The notes below the pieces were generated by a model. That model did no database searches, had not been told where the DNA came from, and saw only the letters and a program-made list of their open reading frames with translations. From positions 167,976 to 231,975 of the IMG/VR virus record IMGVR_UViG_3300042934_000547: DNA of 64,000 nucleotides. The stretch is one strand, 5' to 3'. The translations under genes and the position numbers were made by a program. This document shows, one piece after another, positions 20,181 to 30,614 of this stretch (the first letter of the stretch is position 1; each line of letters starts with the position of its first letter).

Positions 20181-21257
20181 TTAATATGCATATTCTTCGC
20201 TTAATTCTTCAGCAGCTTCACTGAATGCAACATCTTCCATAGCGTCAAGCAATGTTTCTTCATTTTTCTTACTGAAGTTAACACCTTTAACGAATATTGA
20301 ATATGATTGCTGAACTAGGAACTTATTAGCTGCAATAGCTGTTCCTGCTGCTAATGAGTAAAGATTACCGCAAATGTGAGCATGTTTAGATGCATTGCTT
20401 AAGCCTTTTGCATTTCTCATTCCATTTTCATCTTTTGCAGCTTTTAATGCTTCATCTCTTGCATCATCGATAACTTTAATGATATCTTTGATTATTTTTT
20501 CATTGTTCTTTTTATCTTTTTCCATGTTAGACACAAGTTTGTCATTCAATAATACTGACATGATTTGAGTCTTTTCAGTGCCGGAAATAACATCTGTTTC
20601 TTTTGATTTAGAATCGAAAAGGATATCAAATGCTTCTTTCTTAAAGTTGTCTTCTGGAGTGATTTTCTTGAATTCGCCAACTAAGCATAATTTGTATACG
20701 CCGTCTTTAGCTTTTTCATCATCAAATTCCTTGTCAGCCTGATAAGCATGAACATTCTCTTTGTCTCTCATTGCTCCACCAGCATTTTTTGCAAAGTGTT
20801 TGTCAATGTTTTTAACAACCTCAGCCTTGCTAACGATTGTTTCAATTTCGATACTCCAGTTAGATGGTTTTCTCCAATTAACTTTCATCTCAGCAAGATC
20901 ATTAGTGATGAATTTGTCTTTGTATTTCTTAACAAATTCTTTCTTAGATGTGAAGAATGATTGAACCTTCGCAATTACTTTTTCAAACATACCTTTGATT
21001 TTCTGTCCAAGTTTTACAAAAAACTCTTTCAATCCATCAAAGAATCCACCAACTCCAGCTTCTTGTATAGCCTGAATTTCAGCTTCTTCTGAAACAGCCA
21101 ATTCCCTTACATCGTTTTCGATTGATGCTCTAACTATAGCTGCATAATTGTAGCTATTTTCAGCTAATATTTGCATCACGTTGTTATCTGAATATCCTTC
21201 AGCCGCTTCCAATATAGCATTATTCATATCTCCCAGTAAATGAGTATTTATTGCCAT
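20181..21257 (-). CDS. Abundant internal head protein family member
   Basis: IQEAGVGGFFDGLKEFFVKLGQK..FEK..KKEFVKKY, paralogous to 19008..20150. Confidence 0.6.
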   Translation of the reverse strand: MAINTHLLGDMNNAILEAAEGYSDNNVMQILAENSYNYAAIVRASIENDVRELAVSEEAEIQAIQEAGVGGFFDGLKEFFVKLGQKIKGMFEKVIAKVQSFFTSKKEFVKKYKDKFITNDLAEMKVNWRKPSNWSIEIETIVSKAEVVKNIDKHFAKNAGGAMRDKENVHAYQADKEFDDEKAKDGVYKLCLVGEFKKITPEDNFKKEAFDILFDSKSKETDVISGTEKTQIMSVLLNDKLVSNMEKDKKNNEKIIKDIIKVIDDARDEALKAAKDENGMRNAKGLSNASKHAHICGNLYSLAAGTAIAANKFLVQQSYSIFVKGVNFSKKNEETLLDAMEDVAFSEAAEELSEEYAY

Positions 21258-21383
21258 AATATATTTCCTCCTTAAAATGTGATTAAAATAATTTTATAAA
21301 TTAATTGATGACCACATCTATTAATTCATATCATTCTAATAATATGTCATTATAGATTTGCATCAATCTGCTTTATAATGGTG

Positions 21384-22367
21384 TTAAAAGAGAGAATCAG
21401 GTTTTTTATTATTATCAATAATATCATTAGCCTGTATTTTCTCTGCCTTTTCGATTTCTTTTTTAGTTTTAGATTCCGCTGTGTTGTGCTTAACTCTTAT
21501 CTTGTCGGAAAGTTTTTCAATATTACCAATGATGGCTTTCTGTTTTTTAGAAATTTCTTTTCTATCTTTTCTATCAGATGATTCGAGTTCCAGAACATTC
21601 ATCTTTAATATTTCAGATTGAATATCAAGGTAATCTGATACACTCACCCTTGCATTATAGAAAAAATAAATAAGATTTCTCAAAATTGGTATTATTATCA
21701 TTATAATACCAATAGCGAGCATACCATTTAAAGCTACAAATCCAGCAAATCCTCTAGCTCCATTAGCCTCTCTATTTAAATCTTGTAATACTTTTTTCAT
21801 CTTACCGTTACTACAAGAATTATTGAATGATTTAAGCGTTTGGAATAGGATATTACTCTTAGTATCCCTTAAAGCAGCCTTATCTAAATTAATAGAAAAG
21901 TCTTTATTAGTGCTCACCATATAATCGGTGATAGCAGCTAATAAATGAGATACACTTGCTATAATTCCTAATACTATATTATTATATAATATTTTGATTA
22001 TATCGACACCTGTTGTGTATCCCAATGTGAATTGAGGTTTTAGAGCTACCATATTATTCATAGCATCTTTAACCACTTGTACGGATGATGTATCTTCTCT
22101 ATATTCAATTAAGACTTTTTCTATGTTGCTGATAGCTTCATTAAGTGTCTTGTAATTGGATAATTTAGTTATATCACCAGCAGAATTTGGAATTTCGCCG
22201 TAGTCGATATCATTAGCATTAGCTATTATCGAGCCATATAGATTTTTAGCTATAAGGTCGAGACTTCCATCTCTTTCGGCTTCATTCAGTTTAGTTAATA
22301 AACCAGCATTCTTTGAATGAATATCAACATGCTCGTTTACCACTTCCATAAAATCTGAATAGTTCAT
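21384..22367 (-). CDS. Putative virion protein with TM helix
   Basis: GGAGGT RBS before MNYSDF; LNEA site; hydrophobic GFAGFVALNGMLAIGIIMIIIPIL. Confidence 0.5.
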   Translation of the reverse strand: MNYSDFMEVVNEHVDIHSKNAGLLTKLNEAERDGSLDLIAKNLYGSIIANANDIDYGEIPNSAGDITKLSNYKTLNEAISNIEKVLIEYREDTSSVQVVKDAMNNMVALKPQFTLGYTTGVDIIKILYNNIVLGIIASVSHLLAAITDYMVSTNKDFSINLDKAALRDTKSNILFQTLKSFNNSCSNGKMKKVLQDLNREANGARGFAGFVALNGMLAIGIIMIIIPILRNLIYFFYNARVSVSDYLDIQSEILKMNVLELESSDRKDRKEISKKQKAIIGNIEKLSDKIRVKHNTAESKTKKEIEKAEKIQANDIIDNNKKPDSLF

Positions 22368-22383
22368 TACTTTACCTCCTCTC

Positions 22384-23679
22384 TTATTTAGCCATTTTTC
22401 CAATTATATTTAATAATTGTTTTTCTTTATTTTGTCCTTCTTTTTCTAAACCTTTATATGAAATAGTCTCATATAATGGTGAAGTTTCATCGAATAAGAA
22501 AGAGGCAGTCTGGGTAGAATCATCCATGATAACAAAACTCATTAAATTATAAGCTCTCATTATAGGAGTTATAACATTCTCATTCATTAAATTGAGTTTG
22601 AAATTAGCCATGATATAATCAGCCATTTCCTGAGAAATAACGAGTGTGGTAATAGCCATAGCAGTATTCTTAATACCCATTATACGTCTAAGTTTATTAG
22701 ATGTAGCTAGATTTTCAAGAACACGCCAAGCTCTTGATGCTGGACCCTTTCTAGAATTGGATAATGCATCCTCTTTAGCTTTATCAACAGCAAACAACAA
22801 ATCTTTTATAAATGATATTTCTCTAGTAGTAGCTTTGATAAGTTTAGTGAAATTATTCATATCCTTATTCTTAGCAACCAAATGAGTGATTATATCATCT
22901 GAATCAAGTGGATACAGTTTAGCCTTAACCCCTATGATAAATGATAATGGTATAACAACACCATCTTTGCCTTTATACATTAAATTTACTTGGAATGTAC
23001 TTGGGATTAATTCGTTAGATTTTTTAACATCATTATCCAACAGCTTGTTATCAGATGACCATTTGCTGTAATCATTGAGACCTTTTATGAGGTCATTAGC
23101 AGCTCGATTGTTGTTTACTGCTAGATTACTATCTCCGGGTGCCTCTGTTAATGATGTGCCATAAAGCTTTCCATCTAATGTGAACCTAATATTTTCTATA
23201 GATTGTTCATTACAATTATCATGAGTGTAAAAAACATTAATGTTTCCCATATCCTCATTTAATTGTTTTTGAATATCCCCTATAGGAATATTTGTATCAA
23301 TTCCAGCATCTTCACTGAAATCGTCTAGGGCATCACTTATATCTAGGATGTCATTAACTGACGGAGTAGATGAAAGCTTTAAATTGTTATGATATTGTGA
23401 TAAAATATCTTTTAGATTAGCACTTCCTTGTACCTGATTAGCTGCTAATACTAATCGTATGATTGTAGTTCCTTCACGTTCAATAGCTTTAGCTGCCATC
23501 ATAGCAGATTCTATAGGGAGTGATTTAGGCACGAATACTGGATAGACTAAAATTGACTCATTAGCCATTTGATATAAAGATCTTCTTCCTGCACCTTTTT
23601 TGATACGTTCCAAAGCCTCTATACCATCATAATCTTTTGCAGCATTAGTGAAATCTAAAATTTCTCTTAGTATAGTCAT
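22384..23679 (-). CDS. Putative virion structural protein
   Basis: 431 aa, AAGGAGG RBS, late-type promoter at 23709-23720, x-x-E sites. Confidence 0.5.
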   Translation of the reverse strand: MTILREILDFTNAAKDYDGIEALERIKKGAGRRSLYQMANESILVYPVFVPKSLPIESAMMAAKAIEREGTTIIRLVLAANQVQGSANLKDILSQYHNNLKLSSTPSVNDILDISDALDDFSEDAGIDTNIPIGDIQKQLNEDMGNINVFYTHDNCNEQSIENIRFTLDGKLYGTSLTEAPGDSNLAVNNNRAANDLIKGLNDYSKWSSDNKLLDNDVKKSNELIPSTFQVNLMYKGKDGVVIPLSFIIGVKAKLYPLDSDDIITHLVAKNKDMNNFTKLIKATTREISFIKDLLFAVDKAKEDALSNSRKGPASRAWRVLENLATSNKLRRIMGIKNTAMAITTLVISQEMADYIMANFKLNLMNENVITPIMRAYNLMSFVIMDDSTQTASFLFDETSPLYETISYKGLEKEGQNKEKQLLNIIGKMAK

Positions 23680-23765
23680 TTATGTGAATTCCTCCTTATC
23701 TTTTTAATTATTTTGATGTTTAAGCCAAAAAATAAAGCTCTATCATTAATAAATACGTATATATG

Positions 23766-24005
23766 TTAACCTATTCGAAAAATAGGAATACAATCTATAT
23801 TATTACAATATATATTAACATTAACCGTTATATTTATTGGTTGGTATTTACTAACTATCTGATCTTTTAATTGCTGCACAATACCCATATCTCGCTGTGG
23901 CTGTTCATTCCTCCTCTCTTTATTTTTATCTCCACAAAAATTAAACCCAATTAAATGTGCAACTTGTCTATAATCAAATGTAGAATTACCATCTTCGTGT
24001 CCCAT
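23766..24005 (-). CDS. Hypothetical protein
   Basis: 79 aa, AAGGAGG RBS. Confidence 0.55.
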   Translation of the reverse strand: MGHEDGNSTFDYRQVAHLIGFNFCGDKNKERRNEQPQRDMGIVQQLKDQIVSKYQPINITVNVNIYCNNIDCIPIFRIG

Positions 24006-24231
24006 ATAAAAGTCCTCCTTAAATTAGAAAGTTCCATCCTTATTAAAATGTAATATTGAATCTTTATTTAGATTGCAACGACAGTGTTGGGTCAGATGAA
24101 ATTTCCATTTAAACGGATTATTATATGATAAAGCTTTCAGATATATGATATATATCTGTAATAAATATTACTGTGGAATTATATTTCGAAACATCCTTAT
24201 AATATATAAAGTAGATAGGAGGTGGAATTCA

Positions 24232-25389
24232 GTGAATTATCGTGATATTGCTATATCTAAAGGATGGAATTGGGACGATTCAGATTTAGGTGTTAGAGAT
24301 GCTATGCGACAAGCAATAGATAGAGAGCAAGGGATTATCACAGTGCCCAAAGCTAAATCACCTAAGACTGATGTAATAACTACAGTTTCGCCAAAAATAA
24401 ACTCAGATTCATCGAGTCCTAGAAAGGCTAATACTTCTAGCAATTTGAGTGGAACAAAAGAATATCAGGAAGCTTATAAGAATATGGATAATACAGGTAT
24501 CATAATGGATAGGGATACCTTAATTAGAAATAAATTCAATAATTTTATCATAAGTCCATATTTAGATATATTTGATAAAATACGTCAAACTAGGGAAGTT
24601 GTATTTTTCACTAAACCTGATTTAAATTTAATGTCCCCTAATGGTGAATTATTACCAACCGTAGCTGGGCAACCTGAATTTATTGATGCTTTTCAAAAAA
24701 ATAGGGAGATTTTTTATTATTTAAGTCATCAACCAAGTATCACTAGTCCATTTATTCCATTATTGACAAATACATTAAAAAACACAATTGACTTACCTGA
24801 TATAACAATGGAAACTAAAGATACTGTTAAAAATGCCTTTGGTACGAATTTATTATATAGAACAAATTCAGAAAAATCTGATGAGGATCATAGGTTTACG
24901 CTAGAATTTGAGGATAGTAAATATGGTGAATTATATTCGTTCTTTGATGTATGGGATAAATATTCATCGTTGACTAGTTTGGGAATTATCGATCCAAGAG
25001 AAACCCACGTATTGAATGGTACTATAGATGATAATATCAGCATGTTTAAGATTATTCTGGATCAAGATCTCAGGACAATCATAAAGATAGTTGAATTAGT
25101 TGGATGCTTTCCAGAGAACGTACCAAGATCTAGTTATTCTGAAACAAAAATGGGAAGTATGTTATATAATATATCATGGTATTGCCATTTTATTGTAAGG
25201 TCAGAAGCTGAAGCTGTAAATGATTTTAATTCATTATATAAAAAGACAATGGGCACACTCCGTAAAAGTCCAAAAGGTGGTGTTTATGATGGAGGGCGAC
25301 TAGTTTTCGGTGGGATTCCATTTATAGTAGCAAAAACTATTTATGGTAAAAAAACCGTTTATTCATTAGAATGGGAAAATAAAATTTAA
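24232..25389 (+). CDS. Putative baseplate/tail-tube-fold structural protein
   Basis: GTG start after AGGAGGTG; FFTKPDLNL and GCFPENVP motifs typical of tube-fold jumbo phage proteins; precedes the wedge gene. Confidence 0.45.
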   Translation: MNYRDIAISKGWNWDDSDLGVRDAMRQAIDREQGIITVPKAKSPKTDVITTVSPKINSDSSSPRKANTSSNLSGTKEYQEAYKNMDNTGIIMDRDTLIRNKFNNFIISPYLDIFDKIRQTREVVFFTKPDLNLMSPNGELLPTVAGQPEFIDAFQKNREIFYYLSHQPSITSPFIPLLTNTLKNTIDLPDITMETKDTVKNAFGTNLLYRTNSEKSDEDHRFTLEFEDSKYGELYSFFDVWDKYSSLTSLGIIDPRETHVLNGTIDDNISMFKIILDQDLRTIIKIVELVGCFPENVPRSSYSETKMGSMLYNISWYCHFIVRSEAEAVNDFNSLYKKTMGTLRKSPKGGVYDGGRLVFGGIPFIVAKTIYGKKTVYSLEWENKI

Positions 25390-25403
25390 AGAGGGTGAAC
25401 CGT

Positions 25404-27989
25404 ATGAGTGAAAACACAAATCTTGTTGGTGGTGATATTTACGAGATTGAGAAATATATTGACAATATAAAGAAAAACCATATAGATGAAGATGAAAATA
25501 CATTAAAAATTGGTATATTCGGATTTATGAGTGACTTATTTACTAGAGAAATAAATCAATCAATAATGATGTCATCTGAAGGTCTCAATCAGATATTCCC
25601 AACAAGAGCAACACAAGAAAAATATATCTTAACCCATGCTACTGAAGCAAATGTCCAAGATATAGAAAGCGTACCTAGTATCATGAAAATAATGTTGGGT
25701 ATGACTAAAGAAGATATGGAACGTAATATGGTGCAGAATGTTTTATTACTTGATTGTGATATTCCTATTTACGTTGATAAATATGAATTCCATTTTGATT
25801 ACGATATAAGAATAGAGAAGACTGCTGTCAATAATAAGGATATATATACAGCTAGATATATAATCAATGAAACAAACCCTGTATCAGATATAAAAAATCC
25901 TTATATATTACCTCCAATACAGTTCACACTATCAGGAGATACATTCTTGTTTTTCGAGATTAGTGTAAGACAGATATTTAAAACAAAGGACTATAATAAG
26001 ATAATAACAAGTGATAAGATTGAAAATAAATCTTATCGATTTGAATTTACTAACCAATTATCGAAATTCCATTTAAAGATAACAAATCTTAATGGAACTC
26101 AAAAAATACTTTATCCATTGTATAGGGGAACTCCGATAATTGATAATACTAAACTGTATTGTTATTACGACTATTATGATGAAACTACAGTAAGGGTTTA
26201 CTTCATTGATGACCAGTATATTCCAGAAATTAATGATGAAATATGTACAATAATCCAGACATCTCTTGGTGCAGATGGTAACTTTGAATACAGTCAAGAT
26301 TTCCAAGTTATGGCAAAATCTCCAAATAGAGAATATAACGATTTAAGATTCCTAATACAAATCAGAGAACATGCTGTATTTGGGGCTGATAAAAAGAGTA
26401 TTGAAGAACTCAAAACTATTACTCCAAAAGAGAGACTCGGAAGAAACGTAATAACTTGTGCACAAGATTTAGAGAATTTCTTTAACGGTTTATATGATAA
26501 TACTAATAGGATAAAGTTCTATAAGAAAATTCATAATCATATAGATACTCGTTATTTCGCTTATATACTTATGAAAGATAATAGCGAAAATATAATTCCA
26601 ACTAATACAATCGATTTTGAAGTTACTGATGCTGATTTTGACCTCATTAGCGATAATTCATACATCATTAAACCCGGAAAGAAATTTAGATTAAATAAAA
26701 ATCAATCAGTGGCTAAGATGATAGATCCATTAGAACCTAATCCGGTTGACCTGTTTTTCGATTACACTAATATATTTATGATATATATGAGTAAAAGACC
26801 GACAGTGATACTATATTATCTAAACACTTTTAACTTTAATAAACTATTAAATTTCGATTTCATCAACACAGATGCAGATCTTCAATTTATTGGTAATAAA
26901 GCTAACTGGGTTAGAAATATGGGTGATGATGAATATCGTTTAAAAATCGATTTTGCTCAGAATATCAAGGAAAATATGGGAGTTGTAACGAAGGATGAAA
27001 CCGGAGCAATAACCAGTTCAACAGTTAGCATATATGCTGTTCTAAAAGATGAAACAGGTGCAGTAGTTAGATATAAGAAATTTGAAATAAATGGATTCAA
27101 TGAACAGAAGTTCGAACTTAATACTTTACTCACTCTTCAAACGTCTAATAAGATTGATGACAGTGGTAAGTTAGAAATTCTAGATATGTGTTCTATGAGG
27201 AGTATTGATGTAACCCCTATCAATATTTCACCAATTGCTGCTTCAGTGACATTCTATATCTATAGGAAGGAAGATACTAAGTATTATACAAATCCTATGG
27301 ACAGTCAATTACCATTAGACCCAACTGACGTTCTATGTAATATCTATAGTATAAGTGGAGGACTTGATTTTCTGCTTGACTATACGGGTATAATGAATTC
27401 TACTCTAAGTATTATAAGAGAGGAAGGATTACCTGATAGATATGTATTTAAATCATCTCCTATGATTAAATATAATTATGGTACAAGTAAGGAAAATATA
27501 GATTATATTATTAATCGTATCAGAGAAAAACGTATATATCTATTGTCGGCTTTAAGTCAGTTAGAACATTCCATAGGGATAGACTTTAAATTCTTTAATA
27601 CTTATGGACCAAGTAAATCATTCAATATTGGTAGAGGATATGAAAAAATCGATAGAGTTAATATTACTCTTAAATTTGCTGTCAAATGCTATGTTGGAGC
27701 TGACAATAATATCAGAGAATTGGTAATAGGTGAAATCAAGTCTTATATAGAAAATATTAATAATATTAGCGACCTATCTATATCAAGACTAACAAAGATA
27801 ATATTAGAGAAGTTTACAGATATTCAGGATTTTGAATTTAAGGGAATAAATAACTATACTACAGATTATCAAAACATCACGAATGTTGACATAAATAACT
27901 ATCGTTTAACCCATACCCCAGAATTCCTTAATATCAATAATAGCTCTGATATAGGATATTCCCCAGACATCATTGTGGATATCGTTTAA
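25404..27989 (+). CDS. Baseplate wedge protein (T4 gp6/P2 gpJ-like)
   Basis: TSLGADGN, FGADKKSIEELK, RNVITCAQDLENFF resemble gp6/gpJ motifs (G.D.E...R...R.VT..DY). Confidence 0.65.
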   Translation: MSENTNLVGGDIYEIEKYIDNIKKNHIDEDENTLKIGIFGFMSDLFTREINQSIMMSSEGLNQIFPTRATQEKYILTHATEANVQDIESVPSIMKIMLGMTKEDMERNMVQNVLLLDCDIPIYVDKYEFHFDYDIRIEKTAVNNKDIYTARYIINETNPVSDIKNPYILPPIQFTLSGDTFLFFEISVRQIFKTKDYNKIITSDKIENKSYRFEFTNQLSKFHLKITNLNGTQKILYPLYRGTPIIDNTKLYCYYDYYDETTVRVYFIDDQYIPEINDEICTIIQTSLGADGNFEYSQDFQVMAKSPNREYNDLRFLIQIREHAVFGADKKSIEELKTITPKERLGRNVITCAQDLENFFNGLYDNTNRIKFYKKIHNHIDTRYFAYILMKDNSENIIPTNTIDFEVTDADFDLISDNSYIIKPGKKFRLNKNQSVAKMIDPLEPNPVDLFFDYTNIFMIYMSKRPTVILYYLNTFNFNKLLNFDFINTDADLQFIGNKANWVRNMGDDEYRLKIDFAQNIKENMGVVTKDETGAITSSTVSIYAVLKDETGAVVRYKKFEINGFNEQKFELNTLLTLQTSNKIDDSGKLEILDMCSMRSIDVTPINISPIAASVTFYIYRKEDTKYYTNPMDSQLPLDPTDVLCNIYSISGGLDFLLDYTGIMNSTLSIIREEGLPDRYVFKSSPMIKYNYGTSKENIDYIINRIREKRIYLLSALSQLEHSIGIDFKFFNTYGPSKSFNIGRGYEKIDRVNITLKFAVKCYVGADNNIRELVIGEIKSYIENINNISDLSISRLTKIILEKFTDIQDFEFKGINNYTTDYQNITNVDINNYRLTHTPEFLNINNSSDIGYSPDIIVDIV

Positions 27990-28024
27990 ACAATTAAATA
28001 ATACAATTAATGGAGGTATATCAA

Positions 28025-28900
28025 ATGTTTGATAATGTATTAGAAAGAAGAAATCTTGATGCAAAGTTCAGATTTAATTCTACTATTAAAGAGAAAACTT
28101 TATTAGAAGCAATGAGTTATATTTGCAAGAAGATTAATTTAATAAATGAAATACAAGAAGCTACAGGAGCACAAAAGAGTCTATTATCATCTATCATCCA
28201 AGAAAATGGTGCTGATAGGATGCTAAAAGAGTTTAAATCAAAGAGTGAATTGCTACACGGTGTTGCTGAGGCTGTTGAACAATGCGTGAAAGAAAGTAAA
28301 GAAAAGACTGAAAAAGAAGTGAAAGAAAAGAAAGACAATATCAACAATGAACCAGCTGCTGATAACAAGAATTCGGATCAACATCCATTGAATGAGAAGA
28401 AATCTGTAACTCAAATAAATGAGGCTGAAGTTTATGATAACTTTAACATAAATCTCAAACCAATGTTTGCACAGATAGATTCATTAGGAATAGACCAAAT
28501 AACTGAAATTATTGCTGATAGAATTGCTGATGCCGAAGGAGATTTTCTATTTGAAGCTAAGAATAACAAACGTCTTCTTCAAAAAGCAATTGAGAAATAT
28601 GGTGAAAAGATATCAGAATCAGCTGATCCAGTTGACAGAGCTAGTTATAATAACTTTGTGCAGGATATTATAGATGATAGAAAACGTAATATTTATGGAT
28701 TCGTGTTGGAGTCTGTATGCAATGAGATTTATAAGAGCGAAGAACTCAAGTCTGCTTATCTTACAGAAGATTCTAAGATTGATATGAATGAAGCTAAGAG
28801 AGTTAGTAAAGAATTATTCACTGTTCTTGAAATGGTTCATGGTCTTAATATCATAAATTTCAATCAACAAAATCTTCCTACATTCTTGAAAAATTTATAG
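28025..28900 (+). CDS. Putative virion (head) protein
   Basis: GGAGGT RBS; late-type promoter 27989-28000; many x-x-E(S/A) sites. Confidence 0.45.
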   Translation: MFDNVLERRNLDAKFRFNSTIKEKTLLEAMSYICKKINLINEIQEATGAQKSLLSSIIQENGADRMLKEFKSKSELLHGVAEAVEQCVKESKEKTEKEVKEKKDNINNEPAADNKNSDQHPLNEKKSVTQINEAEVYDNFNINLKPMFAQIDSLGIDQITEIIADRIADAEGDFLFEAKNNKRLLQKAIEKYGEKISESADPVDRASYNNFVQDIIDDRKRNIYGFVLESVCNEIYKSEELKSAYLTEDSKIDMNEAKRVSKELFTVLEMVHGLNIINFNQQNLPTFLKNL

Positions 28901-29050
28901 GAATTATGAGCAATCCTTAAATGGATTGCTCCTTTTTATTTTTATGCAAAATTCAAATATTTTAGATATATATTATAGATATGAATAAGAAAAAAATATA
29001 TAAGACCTCTACAATCTTATTCTATATCAGAGGCAAAGAAAGGCAACAAA

Positions 29051-29329
29051 ATGAATAAAAATATAGTAGACATTCTGAAAGCAAATGTTAGTCATTGTGA
29101 TAATCCTAAGAATAGAATTATCAGAGAATGCGAAATCATTGAAAAGGAACACGAAAATGAAGTTTGGATAACATCATCTATTGACGGTGATTTTGCAGAA
29201 GAAAAAAAGATGTTATTTTCGTACTATCCAGATGAACTTGAATTCTCTGAAATTGAATTTTTAGGGAAGACAGAATATGAAGGGGTAGAGTTATTTCACA
29301 AAAAAGATGTAGAATATTTGAGAAGCTAG
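29051..29329 (+). CDS. Hypothetical early protein
   Basis: 92 aa; early motif at 28967-28977; own terminator. Confidence 0.6.
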   Translation: MNKNIVDILKANVSHCDNPKNRIIRECEIIEKEHENEVWITSSIDGDFAEEKKMLFSYYPDELEFSEIEFLGKTEYEGVELFHKKDVEYLRS

Positions 29330-29378
29330 GTAAAATACCTAGCTTCATTTTCACTATATCACATTAAGGGGAATAATA

Positions 29379-29549
29379 ATGAAAATAAATAAGGTTTTAG
29401 AATTTATGATTGCTATAGTAATCATGTTAGCAATTGTTACAGTTATAACAGTCGTGATAGAGATATTACCAGTTTCAGTCACAATAACAATAGTTTTTAT
29501 GGTTTTATTGTATTATCATTATATATTGTACATAAAATTTAAAAGATAA
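29379..29549 (+). CDS. 56-aa membrane protein (not in ORF track)
   Basis: AAGGGG RBS; MKINKVLEFMIAIVIMLAIVTVITVVIEILPVSVTITIVFMVLLYYHYILYIKFKR. Confidence 0.5.
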   Translation: MKINKVLEFMIAIVIMLAIVTVITVVIEILPVSVTITIVFMVLLYYHYILYIKFKR

Positions 29550-29566
29550 AAATTTTGGAGGATATT

Positions 29567-29848
29567 ATGGGTGTAGTAGAAGTTATAAATAATGGATTGG
29601 AATTATTATCAAACATGAAGCAAAATCAGGTATGTGTACTTCAAATTAAAACTGATGAAGATACCGAACCAAAACCAATTTTAATATTCACTCGTGAATT
29701 TGAAACACCATCAGTATGGATAGTTGATAATACTGGTGAAGTATTTACAACTAATAAAGATATGCTGAAATGTATTGCATCGGCTTTTATAGAACAATAT
29801 ATACCCGGGTGTGAATTTACATATGTTTTAACAGAACCAATTTCATAA
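29567..29848 (+). CDS. Hypothetical protein
   Basis: GGAGG RBS before MGVVEV. Confidence 0.55.
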   Translation: MGVVEVINNGLELLSNMKQNQVCVLQIKTDEDTEPKPILIFTREFETPSVWIVDNTGEVFTTNKDMLKCIASAFIEQYIPGCEFTYVLTEPIS

Positions 29849-29894
29849 AAAGAAAAGAAGATAAGGATAGGCATGAAACCTATCCTTTATTTTT

Positions 29895-30599
29895 TTATTT
29901 CCAGTAATCTACATTTCCATTTGATTCTATAAATTCTTTTCTACGAATGACCTGATTATACTGATATCTATTATAGAGCATATTCAGATAATAAATATCA
30001 ATTTCTATTCGTGGTAATATAGAACAATATTTATCAACTATGCCCCTAATAACAAATGCATCGTCTAACCATATATTCGCATTAGTCATATCGGAATATT
30101 TCTTCCCTATGTTATCCCAGTCTGGAGCTGTAATAGGTCGGTCTAATCCGATTTCAGATAAAAAGGTAGTTTCAGTGTTCCAAGAGGATGGAGTCTTCAA
30201 AAACGTATTATAGTGAACCATTATTGGAGTATTTATAAGTTGATTAAGTTGAATTATTTCGTCATCCATTAATCTTCTCATATAAAGATTATCTTCCTTA
30301 GCATTTGGGGAATATATATGTATCATACTGGGATTGGCTATAGCCATACTAGGAAAATTTGTTCTAGTAACTCTAGCTCTAGGACGTTTAGCCCCTTCAG
30401 GAACTTCATATAATACTAATTTGATATGATGAAATATAAGGTCATTTAACTTACGATTTCTAGCCTCAATAATAGCCTGAGCCTTCTTCTCGTTTAGTTT
30501 ATATTCATCATACATATATGATAACCTTTCATCAAAATCTTTTGGTATGTGACCAAACTGTTGTTCATATAGGTCCATTTTTTGTTTTCTTGTCGCCAT
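29895..30599 (-). CDS. RusA-family Holliday junction resolvase
   Basis: PDWDNIGKKYSD..IWLDDAFV matches the RusA PD.DN..K...D....DD signature. Confidence 0.8.
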   Translation of the reverse strand: MATRKQKMDLYEQQFGHIPKDFDERLSYMYDEYKLNEKKAQAIIEARNRKLNDLIFHHIKLVLYEVPEGAKRPRARVTRTNFPSMAIANPSMIHIYSPNAKEDNLYMRRLMDDEIIQLNQLINTPIMVHYNTFLKTPSSWNTETTFLSEIGLDRPITAPDWDNIGKKYSDMTNANIWLDDAFVIRGIVDKYCSILPRIEIDIYYLNMLYNRYQYNQVIRRKEFIESNGNVDYWK

Positions 30600-30614
30600 T
30601 GTTAGACTCCTTTA

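Noticed and set aside
24138-24158. Palindrome cagatatat-gat-atatatctg
   Set aside because: Single AT-rich copy; could be an operator but has no supporting second site
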